Of a stretch of DNA of 50,754 nucleotides, positions 26,411-36,773 are shown piece by piece (position 1 is the stretch's first letter; every line of letters begins with the position of its first letter). The translations under genes were made by a program, and so were the position numbers. The notes under the pieces are model-generated. The model made no database searches and had not been told where the DNA came from. It saw nothing but the letters and a program-made list of their open reading frames with translations. Source of the DNA: Oscillospiraceae bacterium (GTDB lineage: Bacteria > Bacillota > Clostridia > Oscillospirales > CAG-272); assembly GCA_015064245.1 (NCBI GenBank), contig SVSQ01000003.1, forward strand, positions 1 to 50,754, written 5' to 3'.

Positions 26411-27082
26411 ATGAGACTTGGCTGGCTATTTCTCGGTCTTCTGTTTATGTTTTATCTACCCGTGGGGAGCATAACAGTGCTTCCGCTTGCGGGATTTCTG
26501 CTCATGCTTTTCGCAGTCGATAGGCTCGGAAAATTCGAGCAGGTATTCGGAAAAGCAAAATACGTTCTGTACGGAGCGATACCCGTGTCCGCTGTAATGC
26601 TGGGATTTCAGATCTGGCAGGGGGCGGCGGGGGAGAGCTTCCCCGCGTACGCAAACACAGTCTACATAATTTCCAGACTGCTATGCGAGATGTGCGAGAT
26701 GGGAGTGATGTTCTTCATATACCTCGGAGTACGGCGGCTGGGTGAGAACACAGAGGTGGGAACGCTGACCAAACAGCCGGGCAGAAATATGGCGGTAATG
26801 TTCGTGTTCTTTCTGGTCGAGGTGGTGTTTTCAGTCCTCAACCTTACGGTCCCCGACATTTTCGAGGGCTTTGAGATAGTCAAGCTCTACCCCTTCGCCA
26901 TCGGACTTATCTGGAGAGGTCTGAACGTGCTTATGATCTTCACCTGCCTGATGAAGATCGCCCCCGTTTCGGAAGAGGAGATAAGGGCACAGGAGGAAAG
27001 GATAGCCGAGGAGGAGCGTCTTGAACAGCTCCGCCTTGCGAGAAAAGCAAAGCTCCAAAAACATAATAAAAATAAGAAATAA
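26411..27082 (+). CDS. Integral membrane protein (hypothetical)
   Basis: About 6 hydrophobic helices, charged C-terminal tail, AAGGA RBS. Confidence 0.8.
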   Translation: MRLGWLFLGLLFMFYLPVGSITVLPLAGFLLMLFAVDRLGKFEQVFGKAKYVLYGAIPVSAVMLGFQIWQGAAGESFPAYANTVYIISRLLCEMCEMGVMFFIYLGVRRLGENTEVGTLTKQPGRNMAVMFVFFLVEVVFSVLNLTVPDIFEGFEIVKLYPFAIGLIWRGLNVLMIFTCLMKIAPVSEEEIRAQEERIAEEERLEQLRLARKAKLQKHNKNKK

Positions 27083-27094
27083 AGAGAGGAGAAG

Positions 27095-28459
27095 ATGGAC
27101 GGTATGTTTGAAGAAAGAAAGATGCCGAGAGTTACGGATTTTACGCTGCTGATAATAGGCGCGCTGTTTATGATAAATCCTATGATAGCCTTTGTGGACG
27201 TTATTCCGGACTTTTTCGGCTGCGCATTAATAGTGTACGCTCTTCACAGGCTCAGCTCCGTTTCTCCCGAGCTTGAAGAAGCAGAGAAATATTTCAAATA
27301 TATGATATTTGCGTCTGCGGGCAGAGTGCTGATACTGTTTGCAAATCCGGGCTTTGACGACGTCATGCTGCTGACGATGGCTATGGTATTCGGAGTCATC
27401 GACGTTGGTATAATGCTGGCGGGAATGCCGGCGTTTTACGAGGGACTGGCGTATCTGAACGTACGTTACGGAGGAAAGGCGCAGGAGATGCCCGAATTCA
27501 AGATAGTCGGTATCGCGTTTATCGGAGCGAGAGGATTTTTGTCGATGCTCCCGTATATTGAGTCGCTCATGATAGAGGAGCAGACGGACGAATCAATAAG
27601 CGCAGCGGTGGACGAGCTGGCGACGGGAAGCTATACTCTGCTTCTTATGCTGGTGAACGTGGTAGTCACGCTGATATTCGCGGCGTTCTGGATAGTAATG
27701 CTCTGGACTTATCTCAGAGCGTTCATAAAGGACAGGGAATTTTGCGAGCGTGTTTACGCCGCTTACGAGGAAAAGAATCACAAGGAGCCCGAATTCTTCC
27801 TCAGACGCACCCTGCTTTTCGCCGTTAAGATCCTTATGTGGAGCGCGCCGTTTCTGTTCGACCTTCTCGGCGACGGAAAGAACGTCATTCCCGACGTTAT
27901 CTTCGCCGTGGGCGCGGTCTGGGCGGCGTGGATACTGCGAAAACGCTTCGAGGATATGAAGCCCGTTATGATAAGCGGCGCTGTCTATGGAGTTTTGTCA
28001 GTAGTCAACTTCTTCGTTTATAACGGCTTTATGCAGAAGCGTTTCTTCGCCAGATTCGATATGGTGCTGATCCGTTTTGCCTCGGAATACTACGTCGCTA
28101 TAGCGTTTTCGGTCATTGAAACCGTCGCGCTGATAGTCTTTGCGTACTATCTCCGCCGCGTGTTTATGCCTATGGTGGAGACTCATTCGGTTCAGATAGT
28201 TCCGAGGGAGTTCGTCAGAAGCGCGCGTAATAACGAGATATACGTACAAAATTCCCATAAGCTTCTTAACGCTTATACCGCTCTTCTTGTGACCGTTGCG
28301 GTTTCGGGCACCGGACTTACGGCTTTACTTTTGCCCTTTCCCGAATATCATTTAATTCATACCGCGTTTAATATCGCGTTCTTTGTGGTATCTCTCGTCC
28401 TTACGTCCAGAATGGAAAAGGGTATTCTCGCCAGATACGAAAGAGCGAGTGATGTGTGA
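27095..28459 (+). CDS. Integral membrane protein, internally duplicated (hypothetical)
   Basis: About 12 hydrophobic helices; two (D/N)VIPD motifs; GAGGAG RBS. Confidence 0.8.
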   Translation: MDGMFEERKMPRVTDFTLLIIGALFMINPMIAFVDVIPDFFGCALIVYALHRLSSVSPELEEAEKYFKYMIFASAGRVLILFANPGFDDVMLLTMAMVFGVIDVGIMLAGMPAFYEGLAYLNVRYGGKAQEMPEFKIVGIAFIGARGFLSMLPYIESLMIEEQTDESISAAVDELATGSYTLLLMLVNVVVTLIFAAFWIVMLWTYLRAFIKDREFCERVYAAYEEKNHKEPEFFLRRTLLFAVKILMWSAPFLFDLLGDGKNVIPDVIFAVGAVWAAWILRKRFEDMKPVMISGAVYGVLSVVNFFVYNGFMQKRFFARFDMVLIRFASEYYVAIAFSVIETVALIVFAYYLRRVFMPMVETHSVQIVPREFVRSARNNEIYVQNSHKLLNAYTALLVTVAVSGTGLTALLLPFPEYHLIHTAFNIAFFVVSLVLTSRMEKGILARYERASDV

Positions 28460-28489
28460 TTTGGTGGGAAATATCCCGAGGGATGTATT

Positions 28490-28848
28490 TATTTTTGCGG
28501 TCATATCGCAGGGATTTTATTTGAGTAAGTTTTATAGTTTTTCTATAAATAGTTCTTTTAATATAGATTTCGCGTTTTTCTTCCTTCTTTCGAGAAAGAA
28601 AGAAGAAAAATGCTCGCAAAAAGAAGAAAGAAAGACCGTGGTAGATTTTAAGCGGCTCGCTGAAAATTCGCTCAAAAAGCACGAGCGAATTTTGGGTACA
28701 TGAAATACTGCCGAGTTGCTCCCGCAACTCCACAAGATAGGAAATAATTCGTTTGCGACGATGGCTTTTGCTGTCTTCGTAAACGAAGTTCTTTGCGGCT
28801 TGCCGCAGGCACGCGAGCTTTCATTTCAAGAAAGCGCGTACTTCTTAG
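28490..28848 (-). repeat. Mosaic repeat G-B-slot-A-tail, antisense to flanking genes
   Basis: G hairpin 28748-28787; gttgctcccgcaac near 28715; triplex module 28575-28635. Confidence 0.95.
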
Positions 28849-28861
28849 AAAGGAGCGCAAC

Positions 28862-31800
28862 ATGTCGGAATTCGCGCATTTGCATTTGCATAGTGAATAT
28901 AGCCTGCTTGACGGGGCGTGCCGTATCGCGGAGATAGCGAAGAAAGCGAGATCCGAGGGACATACGGCGGTAGCGATAACGGACCACGGAGTCATGTACG
29001 GCGCGGTAGCGTTTTACAAGGCGTGCAAGGAAGAGGGCGTCAAGCCCATAATCGGATGCGAGGTCTACGTTGCCAAAAGAACGCGCTTTGACAAGGTCTA
29101 CAGCGAGGACGCGGAGTCGCACCATCTGGTTTTGCTCTGCAAAAACGCGACGGGCTACAAAAACCTCATAAAAATGGTCTCGAGAGCCTTCACAGAGGGC
29201 TTTTATATCAAGCCGAGAGTCGATAAGGAGCTTCTGAAAGAGTACAGCGAAGGGCTTATCGCTCTTTCCGCCTGCCTTTCGGGCAGGATACCGTCGCTGA
29301 TACTCAGCGGTATGCCGGAGACAGCGGCGAAGGAAGCGCAGGAGCTTCAGGACATCTTCGGAGAGGGCAACTTCTATTTGGAGCTGCAGGATCACCGTCT
29401 CGAAGAGCAGAAGAGGGTGAACGCAGGTCTGAAGAAGATCGCGGAGCGTCTGAACATTCCGCTGGTCGCCACAAACGACGTTCATTATCTGAACAAAAGC
29501 GACGCCGAGACCCAAGCCATAATGATGTGCATCCAGACCAACTCAAAGATCACCGACGCCAAGAGCATCGGCTTTGAGACCAACGAGTTTTACTATAAAA
29601 GCACCGAAGAGATGAAGGCGCTTTTCCCCGACGTTCCAGAGGCGATAACCAACACGGCGAAGATAGCGGAGCAGTGCAATTTCGATTTCTCCTTTGGTAA
29701 GTACCTTCTCCCGGCTTTTGAGACGCCCGACGGCACCCCACCCGCGGAGTATCTTGAGAAAATGACGATGCGGGGGTTCGATGAAAGGGTATCAAGGGGC
29801 GACGTAATCTTCAGCGAGAGCAACTCCGAGCAGAGCTACCTGGACAGAATAAAATACGAGCTTGAGGTCATCATTTCGATGGGTTACGCGGAATACTACC
29901 TCATAGTAAACGATTTCGTCGGCTTTGCAAAGAGATCCGGCATCCCCGTCGGTCCCGGAAGAGGCTCGGGCGCGGGAAGTCTGGTGGCGTACTGCCTCAG
30001 GATCACGGACGTGGATCCGATGAGATACGGACTGCTCTTTGAGCGTTTCCTCAACCCCGAGCGAGTCAGTATGCCCGACTTTGATATAGATTTCTGCTAC
30101 ATCCGCCGCGACGAGGTCATAAAATACGTTACGGAAAAGTACGGAAGCGAGCGGGTCTCACAGATAATAACCTTCGGTACTATGGCGGCGAAGGCGGCTC
30201 TGCGCGACGCGGCGAGAGCTATGGGTATGCCGTACAGCGACGGCGACGCGGTAGTCCGCGCCATGCCGAAAAAGTACGGAGTAAGCCTTGCGGACGCGGA
30301 GAAGACCAAGGAGTTTTCAGAGATCGCCAACGTCACTCCCGAGATGCGCCGTCTGGTCAACACCGCCAAGCACCTCGAGGGTATGCCCCGCCACGCGTCA
30401 ACTCACGCCGCAGGCGTGGTCATCAGCGACAGGGACATCTCCGATTATGTTCCGCTGGCGCTCAGCGGCGAGATGCGGGTAACGCAGTACGATATGGATA
30501 CGGTGGCGGAGCTGGGACTTTTGAAGTTCGACTTCCTTGGGCTCAGGACGCTGACCGTCATCTCCGACGCGGAGAAAATGATACGTTCATCTGACCCGCA
30601 GTTCGATATTTCGTCTATTCCCGAGGACGACGCCCCTACCTTTGATATGCTGAAGAGCGGTCAGACCACGGGCGTGTTTCAGCTTGAATCGGGGGGCATG
30701 AGACAGATGCTCACCACCTTCCGTCCAAACTCAATAGAGGACATAATGATAGCACTTTCCATGTACCGCCCGGGACCTATGGAAGCTATACCGAAGCTGA
30801 TAGAAAACCGCAAAAAGGGTAAGGTCGAATACGCTATCCCCGCCCTTGCGGAGATACTTGACCAGACCTACGGCTGCGTAGTCTATCAGGAGCAGGTCAT
30901 GCAGATATTCAGACGGCTGGCGGGTTACTCCTTCGGGCGCGCGGATATCGTACGCAAGGCTATCTCGAAAAAGAAGCCGGAGGTCATCGCAAAGCAGCGA
31001 GAGGACTTCCTCGAGGGCTGTAAAAACAACGGTATCGAGGAGCAGAAGGCGGCGGAGCTTTTCGACGAGCTGGTAAGCTTCGCGGGCTACGCCTTCAATA
31101 AGAGCCACGCCGCCTGCTACGCCGTGGTGGCGTACAGGACCGCTTACTTGAAGACTCATTATCCCGCGGAATTTTTCGCGTCTATCATGACCAGCGAGCT
31201 GAATAACCGCCCGAAGCTTTCGCAGTACATGGGCGAGGCGGCGAAATACGGCATAAAGCTGCTTCCGCCCTCCATAAACGAAAGCGGAGTGGATTTTTCC
31301 GCCCGCGGAAGTAACATTCTGTACGGTCTTTCCGCCCTTAAAAACGTGGGGATCGGCTTCGTCTCCCGAATCATCGAGGAGCGCGAAAAGGGAGGCCCTT
31401 ACCGCTCGTTCACCGATTTCTGCGAGCGTCTTTACGCCCGCGATTTCAACAGAAAACAGGTAGAAACTTTGATCAAAGCGGGAGCTTTCGGCTGTTTGGG
31501 GTTATATCGAAGCCGTCTTATCGAGAAATACGACGATATAATCACGTCGATCTCCGAGCGCAGAAGAGTCAACGTCACGGGACAGCTTAATCTCTTCGCG
31601 GGGCTGGGCGGCGAGGACGGCGCGCCGCAGGACGAGTTCCCCGATATTCCCGAATATCCGCTGAAAACTCTGCTGTGTCTTGAGTACGACGCCTCGGGAA
31701 TGTACTTTTCGGGTCACATAACCGACGAATATTCCGAGAACGAGAAGGATATCGGAACGGTGTCCATCGCCTCGGTCATCGCGTCCTTTGACGAGATCTC

Positions 31801-32539
31801 GCCTACGGGCGCGTATCGCGAGGGCGAGAGCGTGGCGATCCACGGAATAGTCCGTTCAAAGGAGATCAAGACCACCCGCGCGGGGGACGCTATGATATTC
31901 GCCGTTCTTGAGGACCGCACGGGGGAGATGGAGATACTCGTCTTTCCGAAGATGTTCATCGAGTACAACCCGATGATAATGCCCGAAGAGGTGCTGGCGG
32001 TCTACGGAGACATCTCCGTCCGTGAGGAAGAGGCGCCAAAGCTCCTGGTCAAACGCATCGCGCCCATGCGCCCGAATAAGTCGTACACCCACCGACCTTC
32101 CCCCTTTGCCGATCTTGTAAATTCGGTAAATGAGAAGCGTCTTGCGCAGAACAAGTATTACGCGGATAACGCGGACAAGCCGAGGCAGACTCAGTCCGCC
32201 CCGAACGCGCCCGCCAAAACCGTTTCAAACGCACCCGCAACTCTGCAAAAGCCGCAAAAACCGCAAAATACGCAGGAGCCTCAAAAGCCGAAGAAGCCCT
32301 GCAAGCTTTACCTGCGCGTCAGCAGTCTTGAGAGCAAGGAAGCAAAGCGCGCTATGGCGATAGTTCTGATCTTCCGTAACGAGGACGCCCCTTCCGACGC
32401 GGACAGTCCCGTCTTTTTCTACGAGACCGAGACGGGAAAGTACCTTTCCCGCGCCGATATGAAAACCGAGGCTTCCGATTTCGTTATCGGTCAGCTGAAG
32501 GCTATCCTCGGAGAAGAGAATGTGATAGCGCGGCAGTGA
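28862..32539 (+). CDS. dnaE: DNA polymerase III alpha subunit
   Basis: HLHLHSEYSLLDG PHP, GRGSGAGS, PDFDIDF, KFDFLGL, YAFNKSHA, OB fold; AAGGAG RBS. Confidence 0.98.
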   Translation: MSEFAHLHLHSEYSLLDGACRIAEIAKKARSEGHTAVAITDHGVMYGAVAFYKACKEEGVKPIIGCEVYVAKRTRFDKVYSEDAESHHLVLLCKNATGYKNLIKMVSRAFTEGFYIKPRVDKELLKEYSEGLIALSACLSGRIPSLILSGMPETAAKEAQELQDIFGEGNFYLELQDHRLEEQKRVNAGLKKIAERLNIPLVATNDVHYLNKSDAETQAIMMCIQTNSKITDAKSIGFETNEFYYKSTEEMKALFPDVPEAITNTAKIAEQCNFDFSFGKYLLPAFETPDGTPPAEYLEKMTMRGFDERVSRGDVIFSESNSEQSYLDRIKYELEVIISMGYAEYYLIVNDFVGFAKRSGIPVGPGRGSGAGSLVAYCLRITDVDPMRYGLLFERFLNPERVSMPDFDIDFCYIRRDEVIKYVTEKYGSERVSQIITFGTMAAKAALRDAARAMGMPYSDGDAVVRAMPKKYGVSLADAEKTKEFSEIANVTPEMRRLVNTAKHLEGMPRHASTHAAGVVISDRDISDYVPLALSGEMRVTQYDMDTVAELGLLKFDFLGLRTLTVISDAEKMIRSSDPQFDISSIPEDDAPTFDMLKSGQTTGVFQLESGGMRQMLTTFRPNSIEDIMIALSMYRPGPMEAIPKLIENRKKGKVEYAIPALAEILDQTYGCVVYQEQVMQIFRRLAGYSFGRADIVRKAISKKKPEVIAKQREDFLEGCKNNGIEEQKAAELFDELVSFAGYAFNKSHAACYAVVAYRTAYLKTHYPAEFFASIMTSELNNRPKLSQYMGEAAKYGIKLLPPSINESGVDFSARGSNILYGLSALKNVGIGFVSRIIEEREKGGPYRSFTDFCERLYARDFNRKQVETLIKAGAFGCLGLYRSRLIEKYDDIITSISERRRVNVTGQLNLFAGLGGEDGAPQDEFPDIPEYPLKTLLCLEYDASGMYFSGHITDEYSENEKDIGTVSIASVIASFDEISPTGAYREGESVAIHGIVRSKEIKTTRAGDAMIFAVLEDRTGEMEILVFPKMFIEYNPMIMPEEVLAVYGDISVREEEAPKLLVKRIAPMRPNKSYTHRPSPFADLVNSVNEKRLAQNKYYADNADKPRQTQSAPNAPAKTVSNAPATLQKPQKPQNTQEPQKPKKPCKLYLRVSSLESKEAKRAMAIVLIFRNEDAPSDADSPVFFYETETGKYLSRADMKTEASDFVIGQLKAILGEENVIARQ

Positions 32540-32588
32540 ACGGCGGTACGTCCGATACAGATACGGTCAGATACGCTGATTAAAATAA

Positions 32589-32635
32589 AAACGCCCCCGA
32601 CGGAATTTTCGTAATTCTCCGTCGGGGGCGCGTTT
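32589..32635. terminator. Bidirectional terminator
   Basis: cgcccccgacgga...tccgtcgggggcg. Confidence 0.8.
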
Positions 32636-32648
32636 GTTATTATGTATT

Positions 32649-33293
32649 TTACATTCCGAGGATCTTTTCGGGGATGCTTACGGCTTCGCTTTTCGCCTTG
32701 GCGAGGTCGTCCTCGGAGATGCCGAGAACGCCGCAGAGATATTTAACTACCGCGCCGCCCATGACCTTTACTCCCTCGGGGGTGTTGAAATGAGTCATAT
32801 CGCTTCGGCAGGCGTCGGGAATGTCCTTCGTTACGGCGTAAAGATCGTTGATCAACGTACCGCTTCCCTCAAGAACGGAACGCGCGATGGCGTTGTATTC
32901 CTCGATGTCGCTGTTGCGGCGCTTGAAATCCCCCTTGTAGCCCTCTTCATTTACGGCGGTCGAGGTGGCGAAAATGATCTTTGCGTTGGGGTACATCATT
33001 TTAAGACGCTTGTTGATCCTTTCGATGAAGCTTTCGTAAGCGGATTTCGGTGTGAGGGGATCGTCTCCGAATATTCTGATAACGTCCCAAAGTCCCGCGT
33101 TCCAATGAACAGCGTCCACCTCTGCGGGCCACGCGCCCTTGGCTTTCCATTCGTGGGCGAAACGCAGGGTGTACTCCGCAAATCTGCAGTTTTCCGTTGG
33201 CGAATAGACCTCTGCCACGCCCTCAAAGGCTTCCTTTACGTATTTTTCATAACCGAGACGGATGGAATCTCCGATAAGCACTATCTTTTTCAT
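32649..33293 (-). CDS. SGNH/GDSL hydrolase
   Basis: LIGDSIR, WNAGLWD, DMTHF. Confidence 0.88.
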   Translation of the reverse strand: MKKIVLIGDSIRLGYEKYVKEAFEGVAEVYSPTENCRFAEYTLRFAHEWKAKGAWPAEVDAVHWNAGLWDVIRIFGDDPLTPKSAYESFIERINKRLKMMYPNAKIIFATSTAVNEEGYKGDFKRRNSDIEEYNAIARSVLEGSGTLINDLYAVTKDIPDACRSDMTHFNTPEGVKVMGGAVVKYLCGVLGISEDDLAKAKSEAVSIPEKILGM

Positions 33294-33312
33294 AACACAA
33301 ATTATCCTTTCG

Positions 33313-34386
33313 TTATTCAGTTATTCTTCTGTCGTCGAGCAGCATCTGCGCGCCGTCGAACGCCTCGATGCCGTACATCACGAGGTTGTCCATCTCACCC
33401 GCAAGCGAGATAACGTGTGTTCCTCTGCCGCGAACGTTCCGTATAGTTATGTTGTAGGTCTCGTCCTTCGTCGCGTGGCGGGTGCCGTAGATACGGTTGT
33501 CTCCGACGCGGACGGCGTATATTCCGCGGTCCATACGCTCGCATTCCGCAGAGGTGTCATACACCCCGTCGATGAGAATGTCGTGGAGCTTTATGTCGCC
33601 TTGATTCAGCAGTCTTACGTTCGTGCAGTACGCCGCGGTACGCACGTTTCGTACCGTTACGTTGAAGATATCGCAAGGCAGACCGTCAACCCCGAAGGTC
33701 TTCTCCAGATTTCCGTTCAGCGCGGTGAGAGCGACGGAATCGTCCTCGGTGAAGCCCGTGATATTTTCAATGACTATGTCGTGACAGCCTTGGCGCAGGT
33801 CAACTCCGTCGGAGTTCTTGACCAGCACGTCGTTGTAAGCCGCGCGCTTTAACCCGTGATAGACGTTTCCTTGCGGATCGACGGCGGTGTCGTTTGAGCA
33901 GAAATGCACGTTCCCGACGTAGCCGTTTGAGCAGTAAACAAAGTTCAGCGCCCACCATCTCTGGTTTATGCAGGATATATCCGAGACCTTAAAGCCTTCA
34001 ACGTTGGTGAAGAGCAGAAGATTGTTCTTCCAGATGGGCGGACGTCCGTCCTTCAACTGATTTCTTTCGGAAAGACCGTTGTATTTTCCGCCGTCCAGTA
34101 CAGCCGCGCCGCGTCCTATGATACTGATATTACGGTCGGTGCCCGCGGGAGTTTTGCCTATATCCGAGCCGTGATTTTCGTTTACGAACATATTACAGAA
34201 GCTATCGTCAGCCATTCTGAGCTCGCAGTTTTCAAGAATGAGAGTGAAGTTTGAGGGAAGACGTATCTCTCGATCGATCTCCCACGCCCCGCTTATGACA
34301 GCCGTACGGCTCCCATCGTCGATCGCAGAGCTGATCATTGACGTAATGTATCCGCTTCCGTTTTTCTGATATTTTTTCTCAGACAT
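33313..34386 (-). CDS. Pectin-lyase-fold (GH28-like) beta-helix protein, no signal peptide
   Basis: IRLPSNFTL, NISIIGRG..LDG, NSDGVDL, TEDDSVAL. Confidence 0.7.
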   Translation of the reverse strand: MSEKKYQKNGSGYITSMISSAIDDGSRTAVISGAWEIDREIRLPSNFTLILENCELRMADDSFCNMFVNENHGSDIGKTPAGTDRNISIIGRGAAVLDGGKYNGLSERNQLKDGRPPIWKNNLLLFTNVEGFKVSDISCINQRWWALNFVYCSNGYVGNVHFCSNDTAVDPQGNVYHGLKRAAYNDVLVKNSDGVDLRQGCHDIVIENITGFTEDDSVALTALNGNLEKTFGVDGLPCDIFNVTVRNVRTAAYCTNVRLLNQGDIKLHDILIDGVYDTSAECERMDRGIYAVRVGDNRIYGTRHATKDETYNITIRNVRGRGTHVISLAGEMDNLVMYGIEAFDGAQMLLDDRRITE

Positions 34387-34517
34387 TTTCACGATTCCTT
34401 TCTTACGCAAAATATCGGCTTGTGTGTATTATAACACAGATCCGCGGATTTTTCAAGTCTTTTGTGAATAAGGGCGCAAGATAAAGTCGTTTTTCTTCCG
34501 ATGCGCGGCAAGCGGGA

Positions 34518-35522
34518 TCATCGGCTTTTTCTTTTACAGATCCTGAAAATGCCGATGCCGATAAAAATAACGCTGATCAGCAAAAGCGATATCAGGCATA
34601 TCATGTAGATATTTCCTTCCAAATACTGCTGCCAATCGTTAAAGTTCACTTGATATGAGCTCCCGTTCTCGCCGAACAGTATATCCACCGCGTATTCCGA
34701 GAAATAATAGATCACCGTGCTCAAAGCGATGCAAATACCGGTTTTTATAAAAGCATCGAAGCGAAGGGCGGAGATGACGGCGCAAAGGATCACGGGAGTG
34801 AAGGCGTAGCAGGTGATCAGCAACGATGAGCCGAGCATAAAGGAATGTCGGGCGCTGATATTCAACAGCAGCAAAACGGTCAGAATACAGCTTGCAGTAA
34901 AGGAGATCACAAACTTAAAGCGGGATATGCGGGTTTCAGACAGTAAGAGGGGAACAAACAAAAGATCGTAACCTATCAAAATGCCGATGCAGGCAGTCAA
35001 GAACCAAGATAAGTCACCGGTATATACCGCGCAGGCGAACAAGAGCAAACAGATGGAGAGGTACGTTGAAATGCAAAAAGCAAGCAGTCTCTTCGATCTG
35101 AAAAAATAGGTCACCGTGGGCACGAACGTGTAGGCGCAGATAAGCGCGGTCAATACGATAAAGAACCAGGACAGAGTTCGGCTCACGGCGAGATTGCAGA
35201 CAAAACAGGTCAGGAGCGCGACGGCGTAGGATACGGTCGGTATCCAAAACCACGCTCCGCGGATCGCGCGGAACTTCCGCGCTTCGCCCTTGATCTTCCT
35301 TGAATCCGTATCGGTCGAGGCGGTGATGAGTTCGTGTTCGCTGATATCAAGGACACGGCAAATATCGGAGATCATGGTAATGTCGGGATAGGAGACACCC
35401 CGCTCCCACTTGCTTACCGCGCCCTCGGTAACGAACAGCATTTCCGCCAGGTCCTTTTGAGAATAGTTTTTTTCGGTTCGTTTGTTTTTTATGAACGAAC
35501 CGAATGTTTTTTTATCAGTCAT
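34518..35522 (-). CDS. XRE-family HTH regulator fused to multi-TM domain
   Basis: SQKDLAEMLFVTEGAVSKWERGVSYPD then about 8 TM helices; own TTGACA-N17-TATAAT at 35596-35624. Confidence 0.88.
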   Translation of the reverse strand: MTDKKTFGSFIKNKRTEKNYSQKDLAEMLFVTEGAVSKWERGVSYPDITMISDICRVLDISEHELITASTDTDSRKIKGEARKFRAIRGAWFWIPTVSYAVALLTCFVCNLAVSRTLSWFFIVLTALICAYTFVPTVTYFFRSKRLLAFCISTYLSICLLLFACAVYTGDLSWFLTACIGILIGYDLLFVPLLLSETRISRFKFVISFTASCILTVLLLLNISARHSFMLGSSLLITCYAFTPVILCAVISALRFDAFIKTGICIALSTVIYYFSEYAVDILFGENGSSYQVNFNDWQQYLEGNIYMICLISLLLISVIFIGIGIFRICKRKSR

Positions 35523-35631
35523 ATTTGCGACCGTTCCTTTCTTACAGAAAAAGGCGTGTTTGAAAGCTTGTTTTAAAGCTTGACCGCTCGATGTTATTAT
35601 ACGGCAAGCAAGGCGGATTGTCAATGGACTG

Positions 35632-35781
35632 TTAAGCCACCCCGCATTTTTTCGATATATCTGATCGGAATTCGGGTTTGTGGGTTAGATGATTTCCCCC
35701 GTCAAAGGCTGATCTGACCGAAAGAGCGCAAACGGATCGCAATACTGTTTTACGAGTACAAATCAATAACAATCTTTTCAT
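35632..35781 (-). pseudogene. Possible truncated cassette gene (49 aa, MKRLLLIC...)
   Basis: ATG follows a strong promoter; the ORF runs into a module-G fragment (catctaacccacaaac). Confidence 0.3.
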
Positions 35782-35804
35782 AGTCGCATCTCGCTTTTGG
35801 TTAC

Positions 35805-35833
35805 ATTATAGCATGAATTTTATTATTTGTAAA
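35805..35833 (-). promoter_or_regulatory. Sigma-A promoter abutting left hairpin ladder
   Basis: TTTACA-N17-TATAAT with extended TG. Confidence 0.75.
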
Positions 35834-35835
35834 GA

Positions 35836-36019
35836 GTGATGTATCGGCTACGCCGAAGTGATGTTATGGCTTCGCCATAGTGATATATTGCTCCTTCGTC
35901 GCAAAGTGATGTGATGTGTTCCTTACTCACGCGCGAAGCGCGCATCACGTTCCGCGTAAGCGGAACACTTAGTTAAAAAAGCCTAATTTGTCTGGTAGAC
36001 AAATTAGGCTTTTTTGTTG
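35836..36019 (-). repeat. Hairpin-ladder element, copy 1 (GTGATG/CATCAC plus terminator)
   Basis: GTGAT at 35836, 35858, 35880, 35906, 35911 separated by small hairpins; CATCAC 35943; aaaaaagcctaatttgtct-ggt-agacaaattaggcttttt. Confidence 0.85.
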
Positions 36020-36113
36020 CCTTAAACGAGCGAAAAGGTGTCTGAACAAGGGTAATTGCGAACAAAAGGTGTCCGGATTTTATTTTTCTGCATCGCGAAA
36101 AATTGGTATTTGT

Positions 36114-36773
36114 TTAAATCGTTTCGGAAATCCATTTCTTCGCCCAAGAAAACAATGTTTCGGACATCGAATTGAAATCTACCGTTCCGCCATTTTTCAA
36201 GATCAAAAAGGTGTCAACGATAATCCTTTCATGATTCGAAACAACATCTCGTAATTCACTTTGATGTTTTACATATTGGCCGATTTGCTTAAAAGCGATA
36301 GCCTGAACAACAAAAGACGCGGATTTATACAATCCTTTCAAAATATCCTCGCTCTTTTCGTGCACCATATTGTGAACGCATCCGTGATAAATATTGCAAG
36401 CACCGATTTTGATTGCTCTGTTAACGGCGGTTTCATCAACAACTTTAACCACCTCATCAAGGCTTCCCTTGATTGGTGTAGTATCGTGGCAAAATTGAAA
36501 AAGATCGGAAGGCTCCCAATCAAGAAGCTCATTCTTTCCTGAAACAAAACCGCAAATCAGTTCTCTGTTGGGAAGGGTATCTAACATTGTATTGTATTTT
36601 TGAATGTCAGTGACGGACAGTTGATTGAGTATAACGACAACATCAATATCGCTTGTTTCGGTTGCTTCACCGCGACCGTAGCTGCCCTGTAATCCCACAA
36701 ACCATACGCGCTCTCCGAAAGTATCGTTTAAGATATTAAGAAATCTATTTATCCAGTCGTTAATATCAATCAT
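36114..36773 (-). CDS. Nucleotidyltransferase (Pol-beta superfamily) domain protein
   Basis: GLQGSYGRGEATETSDIDVVV; start overlaps upstream stop (ATGA); AT-rich codon usage. Confidence 0.88.
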   Translation of the reverse strand: MIDINDWINRFLNILNDTFGERVWFVGLQGSYGRGEATETSDIDVVVILNQLSVTDIQKYNTMLDTLPNRELICGFVSGKNELLDWEPSDLFQFCHDTTPIKGSLDEVVKVVDETAVNRAIKIGACNIYHGCVHNMVHEKSEDILKGLYKSASFVVQAIAFKQIGQYVKHQSELRDVVSNHERIIVDTFLILKNGGTVDFNSMSETLFSWAKKWISETI

